This document shows positions 13,287 through 24,937 of a stretch of 46,274 nt of DNA, piece after piece; within the stretch, counting starts at the first letter, position 1; each line of letters opens with the position of its first letter. This DNA is from Perkinsus chesapeaki ATCC PRA-425 (taxonomy: Eukaryota; Protista; Perkinsozoa). The notes beneath the pieces were generated by a model. That model did not search any database and was not told the origin of the DNA. It saw only the letters and a list, made by a program, of their open reading frames with translations. The stretch lies in assembly GCA_013115145.1 (NCBI GenBank), contig JAAPAO010000256.1, forward strand, positions 1 through 46,274, in the 5' to 3' direction. A program made the position numbers and the translations under genes.

Positions 13287-16200
13287 TTACATATCCATTT
13301 GTGTTACTGCTGGTGATGATGCATATAATTTAGTTTCCAAAGGTACAAATGGCATATATTTAGTCCATACATTATTAATATTACATGAATTACCACTTTT
13401 AATTAATGGTGGTAGCTCTATTAAGTTTTCATTATGAACATCTAAACATTTATATGTTTTAGTATTCATTATAGTACCACTTGGTTTATCGTATATAAAC
13501 CTAATATAAATTATATTATTAAATCCCATTATCATTATTAATACTGTTGTCCTATATTATATTCTTCTTCACCATAACATACATATGTTATTGGTGTATT
13601 ACCATCAGCTGCATCTATACACTGTTGCGTATTAATGTTACCTAATGATATACATCATATCGTTTCTATTATTAATAATAACAACAGCCTATTACGTATT
13701 TGTATTTTATGTATCCATTCCCACACTTGTTTATTATCATTATAATCACATTCAGCAACAGTAAGTGGTCCATTAGGTTCATCAGATGCTAACATTAGTA
13801 GGTAGTAGTAGTAGTAGGGCATATAACAGCATATAACATAGTACCAGACTATTACCTCTTAAACAAGCTTTACCTCCTTTAACTGAATCACCACCACCTA
13901 GTTTATCAGCATCTGTTTGTAATAGGAATGTCGATGAGGAGGAGGATGAACCATCTATCGCTCGCTTTACCAGCATGGTGAATTTTTGACTAGGTTTAGT
14001 AACTTGGTAAGCATAAAGCATCATTAAGTATATAAATGTATATATTTAGCTACCTGAAGTCTCTGGATCAACTTGACATCCATTTAGTGATGCTTTCTCT
14101 ATTTCCTCATCATTATTGGATAATATCTCAGGAGGCACTAATAATATAACATAATCTACATACTAAAATACTATTATATTACCAACACATTTAACATCAC
14201 CGCCGCCTCCGACTCCGCCGCCTACTCCTCTTAAATTATTATCACCTGTTAATGATATACCAGTTAATAACTGACCATCATCTGTTATGTGTAATGTTTG
14301 TAATGGTGATGTACCTATTACTCATTATTATTAATTAGTATTAGTATTATTATTACCATCATCCATACATTGTGTTGGGCTTAATCTATTACCACCTATC
14401 CCTAAACATATACCACTATTCCAAAAACGTATACCTAATAATAATAATTATTACAGTATTACTATTATTATTACTACTACCTTGACAACATTTAAAACTA
14501 TGTGGTGAATCATAATTAGAACCATGCCACAACTGTAATCTATTATTACTACTACATTTATTCATTACCTATATTATTATAACATTGATATATAACCTTA
14601 TATATTACTAATCTATGTTTATCCCTTAATTCAAGACATCTACTATCATCAGACACCATCACACCATTATCATAATGTGCTTTAATATGATATACATTAT
14701 CAGGTAATAATCCAGCATCTTCGTATAGGAATTTAAACCTTTGTGATAATACTAATTATAATAATACTAATTATAATAAATATATTACTTTTTTAAAAAG
14801 TATGAGAAATGTTTACAATGATTCTTCTTTTTAATATCTAATACATTAGATACATCTGGTCTATCACCACCATGTCCCCAATACATAAACCTAATACAAA
14901 TTAATACAATTATTATCATATACCAATTATCATATTACTCAGATTGTTCCTCTGCTTTAGCAATAAATTCATCAAACCAGCTTAATGCTGCACGATACCT
15001 ATTTCTCATAAGACTACCGCTTGGTAATGTATATTTAGCCTTTGTCTTCTCATCACCAGGTAATCTCCACATATGAGCTATATAACTGTCTAAAGCACTG
15101 ATAACAAGAGCAACAGCAACAACAGTTAATATTATATTAGTCAATAATATATTATTACTGCATAATTTCACCACCACATAAATGTATTCTTAAACTTTGA
15201 TCAACATTCTCTCCACCCCATCCTATCATACCACTATCATATCCTCCAGTATATTCCCACATGTTCCTGTGCATTGATAATAATCCACCTATCATTATAG
15301 GTATTCTAGTATCCTCTGCATTATACCATGGAAAATCAACATTCCATGTTAATTTACAACATCTTGTAGTACCTTATTATAATATCTATATATATATATA
15401 TCACCTTACTATATTACCAGGTTCATCTCTGGTCTCTAGCCATGTATTAGGATCTAAACTAGTTACTGTAGGTACAACTACTGTTTTAGGATTCTCCAAT
15501 ATATATTTAGATGTAGGTTCAGTCCTAATAATACATAATAAATATACTAAGATATATATTACCAATGTATATCTGGTTTAACATGACAATCTAAAAATGT
15601 AATAATATCACCAGTCGCTTTCCAACCACCAACACTTTTAGCGTTAATTAAACCTAATATAGTACTAGTAACAAGAATAATAATATTATTACCAGTAAAA
15701 TGTTCATGTCTTATAAACTTTAATTTCCATAACTTAACTTGATCATCTAGTAATAATAACTATATCATATTACAGCTAATATACCTATTACTACCTGTTA
15801 CTAATGTTCTCAATGGTGGTGTACTACCATCATCTACTACTATTATTTCATGTAAACTAGGTGTTGATTCATATACAGATTTAGCAGTTTTAACCATAAA
15901 CCTAATTAATATATAATTATTAATAAGTGTAATAACTTACTCCCCTTCATTGGCACATGGTAATACTATACTGTAACTTAATGTATTACTATTATTATAT
16001 CTAAATATTAATATTAATATTAATGAATACATATTACTTTTTAGGTGGTGCTAAAAACTTATTATCAAGCTCTATATTAGCTTGTTCATTATATATCGGT
16101 ATAAAGGCCCTTTTATCATACACAAGATATTCGATACCCTAATAATATATCAAATATTATCAAGATTATATATATTATTACCTTTACTATTATTATCTGT

Positions 16201-16510
16201 ATTAACCATATTATTAATATACGCCATGTCCATGGTGTTCTTAAACTAATTAAACCCCTTTGTAAATATAATAATAGTAATATACCTATATATAATAAAT
16301 ATATTATAAATATTATAATATATTACAACTTATTAATAATGATAATAAAGTAGTTAATAATGGCCATTGTAATACTATACTTATTATAGGTATCACAAAT
16401 AAAGGTATGGACCTAATAGCCCATCGTAATGGCCTATTAACTAACATTAACACCAACACCACCACCACACTAGTAGAGATAATAGTGCCTTTGTATTTAG
16501 CGCTCGCCAT
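13287..16510 (-). CDS. GALNT: Polypeptide N-acetylgalactosaminyltransferase (GT27) with C-terminal ricin-type lectin repeats
   Basis: SIVLPCANEG, EIIVVDDGS, FLDCHV (DxH), VVVPTVTSLD, GGYDSGMIGWGGENVDQSLRIHLCGG, SYIAHMWR, followed by Cys-containing QxW-like repeats. Confidence 0.9.
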
Positions 16511-16591
16511 TCTAATCGATATTTATTCCGCGCAAGATCGTTGTACAAACTGGAACAGTCTTCTTCTTCTTGTTGTTGTTGAAATGTTAAA

Positions 16592-19500
16592 ATGAACCCT
16601 ACTACAGGATTTGAGGAAGAACAATCAGCTAATGAGGAATGCAAGAAGGTATTATTATGTATAAGAGTTTATATGATGATGTTATTAGTTAAATACTAAA
16701 TTAGATGGTATAGTAGAGCAATTAATGACATTTAATATTGGTATGGCACAGGCAATGAATAATGAGATTAATGCATTAAAAAGGTAGTATTAATATATGA
16801 CGTTATAATTGTATGCATGATGTTATAGTTGTATGCATGATGAATTAATATTATTAAGGGAAGGATTAAGAAAGGATATAAGGATAATAATAGGGGAAGA
16901 GTTGGGGAAAGATGATAAGTAATAAATTATTATTAATATTAATATATATTATAATATAGGACATCTAATGATAATAAAATATCTAATGTATTAGAGACAT
17001 TACCAACTATAATAGATAATGTAATAATAATAACAATATAATAATGAATATATTATTAGGTTAATAACAATATAAAGGATAAGAAATCTATTATTAGTAG
17101 GAAAAGTGGTATCAATAATAGTACATCACAAATAACAATTAAAAAGGAAGGTTTAGCATTATTATTGGATACATTAGGAGTATCAGCAACAATAATACCA
17201 TCTCATGATGGTATTATTATTTATTATATTACTTTATATGTATATATTAGGTATTGATGATAATAGGAATAATAATAGGAGAGGTAAATTCGGTAGGAGT
17301 GCAACAAGAACGGTAATAAATAGTAATAATAATAGTGAATATTTATAATTATTATAGTTTACATCTAATGGTATGACAGCATTAAATAGTAATCATAATA
17401 ATGGTAATATATCTAATAAATGGCGACAAGTACTTAACAAGGTAGTAATACATATACTATATTAATGATATCAAATATTAATGATAGATTGATAATGATA
17501 AGAATAATAATAAACGAGCAGCTAAAAGTGGTAGTGATGTTGTCGGTGGTGGTGGTATAAAGAAGAGTGATAGTAAGACGTTATTAAAAACAGCATTATC
17601 AAGTAATGAGCTGAATGATGGTGGTCCATCTAATATAGATGATATTACTAATAATGATAATAATGATACACACAGTGTATTAGAGACACTGTTATTCTTA
17701 CCCGATAAAGGGTAATAATAATATAGAATTATAGTAGTTAGTATTATTATTAGGTACATGCTTATATTAGATTGTATTATATTAATATTAAGTGTATATA
17801 CAATATTATTAGTACCATTTAGAATAGCATTTGGTAAGGATGAGCATCATCAAGGCTTATTATTATTATTATTATTTATACAATATCTCCTTATATATAG
17901 ATACCACTACATCATTAACATCATGGGATAGTATTACACAACTCTTTGTTGATACGATATTTTCAATGGACATCGTCATTAATTTTCGTAATAAAAATAT
18001 TATTATTATACTATCTTGAATTATTATTATAATAATATTTTAGGTACATGTTTTTATGATAGAGGCACGTTAAATAAGAATGCAGTTGATATAAGAAATA
18101 GATATATTAAGTCAGGAAGGTTTGGTATAGATATATTATCAACCTTGCCAGGTTATATGGTAATATTCATCATCGTTGTTGTTATTATATATATTTATTA
18201 TCATTAGGTTATGATATCCCCATCATTATATCGTAATATAGCTTTCTTACAATTATTAAGATTTTCAAGGTTAAGGCCTATATTAGTACGTTTGGAGCAA
18301 CATATACATAATCCAGCATATATGTTATTGTAATAATAATACAATAACATGGCAATGATATATAATATTATTATTAGGTATACATGTTGTAAATTATTAT
18401 GTTTTCTATTATTAATGGCGCATTTAGTAGCATGTTTATGGTGGGTGTTAGCAAGAATTGGGGAAAATAATATAAATGGTGGTGATTATTGGGCCCAGGA
18501 TTTTGATATACAATTTAAAGACTCAACATTAATACCGTAATAATAATATAATCCTGTTATTTATTATGTTATTATTATTAGATATATACATTCAATGTTT
18601 TATTCAATTGGTATGATGACAACATTTGGATATTTTGACATATCACCATCTAATAGTTTAGAAAGGACCTTTACTATGGCTATTATGCTTATATCTGGGG
18701 TTATGTAATAATAATAATAGCAGCAGCAGCAGTAGCAGAAGGCAATGGTTGTTGTTATTAGATATGCCTTTGTTGTCGGTGCTATATCAAGAGTAATGGC
18801 ATCTTATGATGAACATGAAAGTTATCATAGGACTAAAATGAAACAGTAATAATAATAATAAGTAGTAATAATAATAAATAATATTATGATAGATATACAC
18901 AATTCATGATGAGTCATTCTATTAAAGATGAACTACAAATGAAAGTTAGGAGATATGTTGATCATAAATTTGATAAAGACCTAACTAAATCGGTGATAAT
19001 AATAATAAGACTAATATGATTATTAATACTGTTATTGATATGCTTGTTGTTGTTATTGTAGGTGCTCCAATCCATGATGGGTATATTATCATCATCATTA
19101 CAAAATGAAGTTTTATTACAATTAAATGGTAAATTATTAATACGAGTTAATTTCCTAAGTCAATTACCACGTAACCTATTGGGGAGAATATGTAGTATAG
19201 CAGAAACAGTAATAATAATAATAATATAAAGAAGGAGAAAAAGGATTACACTGCTGCTACTACTACATGATGTTATTAGGTACATTATGCACCTATGGAT
19301 ATTGTGTATTATAAAGGTGATGCTGGTGATAGTACATATTGGATATCATCTGGTAAAATAAGGGAAGTTGGTAGAGATGATCTTACTAAGATTGATATTA
19401 AATTTAGGAGTAGAACATCACGTAATACTAATATTGATAATATAATAATTATAATTATTAAGGTACATCTATTACTGGTATACCTACATTAGCAACACCA

Positions 19501-22500
19501 ACTGCTAGCGAACATACAATTAATTCGAACCAGGATGGATTGGGTAGTAATGACCATCCTACTATTGAGGTAGTAAAAGTAATGATAATAATACTACTTA
19601 TTATTATGGTATTATTATTATTAAATGTATTGTTGTATTCATGTATCTGTGTGAATATTATTATTACTACTATTAGGTGGCTGCTGCTGCTAGTAGTAAT
19701 AATAGAACAGCAACATCTAGGATTAATGAAGCTAGATCCACTATTGTTAGTAATATATTCTTATTATTAAAAAGAATTATTTAATAATTTAGATTTAATA
19801 AATATACCAGTTGTTAGAGGTGGTAATAGAAAGGGTGACATTATGGCATTAGCTTCAAGTGACTATAATACTAATAATGATAATAATAATAATGCTGGGG
19901 GGGTCAATAATAATAGTTCAATATTAAGGAGTTTAACAGGAGATGGTAAGTGAATTATAATAATAATAGTTATTGTTTTTACTATAGATGCTGCTAAACC
20001 ATTAGCTGGCAGTATGATTGGTATTCCTGGTGTAACATTATTATATGGTATGCCGCATTATCCATCTGATATTGTATATTCAGATCGTGATGTAATATAT
20101 ATCCTAATAATAATAGTAGTGGTAGTAGTAGTTTCGCTGCATATTATTAATAAGGTTATGTCCGATACTTGCCTATTTGTCGAAGAATCACGAAGAGCAA
20201 CGGCAATCTGTGAAACATTTGTTGAAGTTGTGACAGTTAAAAGGGTCGCTCTACAAGAACAGCTTAAAGCGAATACTGGATGGTAATAATAATATTAAGT
20301 AGATAACATTAATTATTATTATTATTATTATTATTATATTGATAGGTTTAATCTATATTGTCGTGAAGCAGCCCTTATTGCATGTGCAAATAATAATGAT
20401 GTTGAATTACGAAGATTATTAGCTAAAAGGCTTATTGACGTCACATCAAGAGTAATGATATTATTTTGGGGGAGGGGTGCTTAGTGTTGGTTAGAGTGAT
20501 TGTTGTTGTTATTATGGGGGAGGGGTGCTTAGTGTTGGTTAGAGTGATTGTTGTTGTTATTATTATTGATAGTAGGTTCGTAGCACTAAAGAATATCTTA
20601 TACATGTTGCATCATATCATAAAGCGAATTCAGCTGTTAAAGTGTTATTAGAAAGAGAAGCTGATGTTAATGCTGAACTACAAGATGGTAAAACAGCATT
20701 ACACATAGCAGTATATAATGAAGATAGTAATAGAAGATATTAATAATACAAGATGATAATTTGTTATTATTATTAGAGGAGTTGGTGGCACTATTAGCAA
20801 AACAGGGAGCAAATGTACAATGTGCCGATAAGAAGGGCATCACACCAAGGGATGTTGCACGTGAGTCATAATACACCAATTTATGTATGTATTAGTTGTA
20901 ACCTTTTAATATTGGATTATTAAATACTGTAACCGAGAATCGAACTCGGAACCTATCGCGTGTGAGGCGATCGTCATAACCAACTAGACCATTCCAGCAC
21001 TAATACTGTGTGCCATAATACTTTGATTATCATCAGGATTACGACAATTTAAGAAGGTTGAACTCCTCCTTGACGCAATGGATATTCATACTAAAGCGAG
21101 GGATGGTGACTTAGAGGGTGTTAGAGATGCACTAGCTGAAGGTTGTGATGCGAGTTGGGTAATAATAATAATTAGTTATAATATTATTATTATTATCAAC
21201 ATAACCTTATTATTATTAGATACATCCTAAAACAGGAACTACACCATTATATAATGCAGTTGATAAAGGACACTATGATGTTGCTGAATTATTATTATCA
21301 ACTAATGCAGATCCTGATTTAGCTCCAGATGATGGTTTTCCCCCATTGTAAGGATAACATAACGTTATTATAGAATAGATATATTATTATCAGATATTCA
21401 GCAGCTAATCGTGGTGCAGCTGATATTACAGAGTTATTATTATCTCATAATGCAGACCCAAATCGTTGTCTTAGTACTGGTATGTCTCCATTAATGGTTG
21501 CTGTAATAATATTAATATTCATAAACATACTTATATGGTTATTATTATGATAGATACGTAAAAAGCATTGGAAAGTAGCAGTAATGTTATTAGAAGAAGG
21601 AGCAGATGTCAATCAAGCTGATGGTAAAGGTATAACGCCACTCATGGTAATAATAATAATAACACCAGCAGTATTGTTGTTGTTATTATGAATAATAATA
21701 ATAGGCGGCATTAGAAAAGAATAGTATAGAAGGAACGGAACTGTTATTAAAATATGATGCGGATATTAATGAAGTATTCTCGGATGGTGTAATAATAATA
21801 AATATTAATAATGTTGTTGATTATTATTATCAATAATTAGGTACCTTCATTACATCGGTTATGTCAACAAAGTGGATTAAATCCAATATCAATATCATTA
21901 TTAAGAGATAATGGAGGTGATATTGATATATTAGATGATGAACATGAATTATCTGCATTACATTGGACAATAATGCATAGAAGGGATAAAACAGCATCAA
22001 AGACAGTTGAAGCTCTTATTAAATATGGTCTACCAGTTGATTTATTATGTGGTACACCTAATCCATTAACACCTTTAACATTATTATGCGAATGTGATGA
22101 AAATGAAAATAGGACAGAAAGTGAAAGAAAAACAGCAAATGTAAGCAGCTGCTGATGAGGAGCAGATGATGATGATGATGATGATGATGAGCAGGATGAT
22201 AATAATTATGATATTCCTATTCTTATTCAGATGGCTTTATCATCATTAACAAGTACATTATTAGAAGCTAAAGCTAATCCACTTGTTAAAACATCATCGG
22301 ATGCTTCACAATATGCTTTAGCTTATGCTCATGAACGTGGTGGTGCTAATAAAGAAGCTATTATTAAAGCAGTTAAAGAATATTTACCAAAGGATATATT
22401 AGTAACAGGATTATTAACAATATTATTATTACATCTACTAGTATAATTATAGATACAATTATTTGGTGAACAAATAGAACTGGAGGAAGTGAGGAAGGTT

Positions 22501-23212
22501 GAAAAAGGTAGTGAAGGAGAAGGAGATCCATCTACTACAGTAACAGGTAAGTTAGTTATAATATGTAGGATGATTATATGGATATTATTACTGTATGACA
22601 GATAATAAAGGAAAGAAGGGACCACGAAAAGAGAGGAAAAGAGCAAGTATTATGGTGAAGGCAACAGATGTAGATAAAATAAATAAAGAAGAAGTCAATA
22701 CTATAGCGGAAAAAGTGAAGAAATCATCACCTAAAGATAGTCCTAAGAATAGTGATGGTGAAAAAGCATTACGAAAACATGGCAAAAGCCTTACAGGAAC
22801 TCTTAAAAGAGGAACATCGCTTATTGGAGCTTTATTATCACCAAGAATAATTAAAAGTGAAACAATACCTGAAGATCATCAACAACAACAGCAACAGCAG
22901 CAGGGTGCTAACGTAACTACATTTACATTTGGAAAAGAAGATATAAAAGAAGATAAAATAAAAGGGAATGATTTGAATGGAATCAAGGATAATAAAGAAG
23001 AACAAAAAAAGGAGAGAAGAAAAAAGAAAGATTTAAATGAGAAAGTAAAGAATAATAAAGAGAAAAATGAAGATAAGATGGAAAGAATAGAAGTAAAGAT
23101 AACACCACCAAACATGATAAATGATAATGAATCATCATCTGAATCACATACTAATAATAATCTAGGAATACCACGCTTTGGTGGTGTTAAATTCGGTAAA
23201 AGAGTTGGATGA
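16592..23212 (+). CDS. 6TM cation channel with C-linker, cNMP-binding domain and many ankyrin repeats (plant Shaker AKT/SKOR-like architecture)
   Basis: S1 LLVPFRIAF, S2 VDTIFSMDIVINFRT, S4 LLRFSRLRPILVRLE, S5 MAHLVACLWW, pore MMTTFGYFDISP, CNBD YYKGDAGDSTYWISSG...RRATA, ankyrins GKTALHIA, GTTPLYNAV, GMSPLMVA, GITPLMAA, LSALHW. Lys/Glu-rich tail. The 5' exons are less certain. Confidence 0.88.
20925..20998 (-). tRNA. tRNA-Val(CAC): tRNA-Val(CAC), antisense within an intron of the channel gene
   Basis: Cloverleaf GCTGGAA TG GTCTAGTTGGTTATGAC G ATCGC CTCACAC GCGAT AGGTT CCGAG TTCGATT CTCGG TTACAGT A. Anticodon and T stems are perfect, A and B boxes are present, discriminator is A. The acceptor stem has one mismatch. 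Confidence 0.9.
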
Positions 23213-23355
23213 TGATGATGATGAATATATTCCTTCGATGTTGTCCCCCTTATGTTGTTATATTATTAATAATTATTGTGTTATTAGTATTACTAAACAT
23301 GTAATACAACAGCAGTAATAATGTTTGTACAAAAATGACATATTAATAACAACCA

Positions 23356-24421
23356 TTAAATCTCTCTATTATCTTCATCACCTTCATTCTTCTTATTAAC
23401 ATTTGTTGATGGGAATGGATCATGTATATACTAGAAATAATAATAACATTATTATTATTGTTATTATTACCTTTCTAACTAACATATAAAGCGCAGAAGA
23501 CGCTAAAGCAATATTAACAAGAGCTAGATTAATATTAACTGGTGTAATAACAAATGACCATCTTGCCCATATAGCACCTAATTATAATATTATTATATAT
23601 GTTACTATCATTACTATTACTACCTGTAGCAAATAATGCTAATTGTTGTGGTACACTTACTGCATGAACAGGTCTTTTATAATCCATTAAATTGGCGGCA
23701 CTAAGACCCCATTTACAAGTTGGTGCCCAAAAGAATATAGTAAAAGGGCCAGCTGGATGTTGAAGGAATAATCTAACTTTAGATGGCATTGGTAATGCAC
23801 ATACCTTTTTTTGTAATCTTGGTACTATACCAAAACCTAATATAAATAATAATTATTTATAGTTGAATAATAATAATACCAGTTGCAACGGCAGCGCACA
23901 TCATAGCCCTTTTAGCTGATGTTTGTAATAATGCTCCATCATCATTTACAGTTAATCCCATATTATCCTTCAACCGTCCCTGTTCTTCTTGTTGTTGTTG
24001 TTGTTGAAGTTGTCTATCATACTTCATTCTTCTATATAATTGTGTTAATTGAACACCCTAAAGACACTACCATATTTATTAGTAATATTTATCATTACTT
24101 CATTAAATATATGACATGTAAATAATATATAATTTCTAGGTTGAACCATCCAGGCAAATCTCATAAACATAGCTGAATATATACATAAAGTACCAGTCAT
24201 TTGTAATGATATATATTCAGGTCCTTTAGTAGTTAAATCAGCAACACCAGCTAATGCTATTGTCCAATTAGCAACTGGCCCCCAAAAATGAGTAGTTTTC
24301 CATCCTATCTGATGATTAATAATAACATCACTCACATAGTTATTACATTAGGATCTAGGAAAGCATCTTTACCGGCTTTTAATAATAAACGAACTTTAGG
24401 TATAATAACCCCCGAACTCAT
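23356..24421 (-). CDS. Single-chain mitochondrial pyruvate carrier (MPC1-linker-MPC2 fusion), copy B
   Basis: Spliced: MSSG..LDPN|[36 protein letters not shown]|GVQL (MPC1) ..[10 protein letters not shown]|[37 protein letters not shown]|[21 protein letters not shown] (MPC2) ..DNREI*. Confidence 0.9.
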
Positions 24422-24937
24422 CAAGTAAGAAATAATACTACCTATATAATAATTATGACAACTAAACAATACTACTAGTGGAAAGGAACCAAGTATTAGC
24501 AGAAGAACAAGTAATACACCTATTGGAGTAGGAGCCAGCTTTAGCATCCAAATAATACCAATGTTGATATAACAGTAATAACATCAACAGTATTAATAAT
24601 GCTGCTAGTAATAAGTGTGGCGATGAATGTAATCGAGTGTGAAGCGTATAGAACATCTAAGTAGTAGAAGACGAAAGCAGCAAGAGGAGCAGCAAGAGGA
24701 GCTAGATAACAATCCTAGTTGTAATTGGATAATGTTAATGATGATGATGATGGCCAGGAATAGATCAGTATAAGACTATCTTGTCATAAATGACTTATAG
24801 AAATTTCCATTATTATGCCGCCAATCATCATGATCATCATCATTATACCAACATTATGATGCCATCTCCCCATTTAATAAGAGAGTGGCGGTCGGGTTGA
24901 TAGTAGTCTATTATCCAATAGTGCTCTTAACATCATC

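Noticed and set aside
24462-24656. 64-aa ORF with a hydrophobic stretch between the two MPC genes
   Set aside because: No recognisable motif, and hydrophobic ORFs arise readily from TTA/CTA-rich spacer DNA. Cannot be supported without transcripts.
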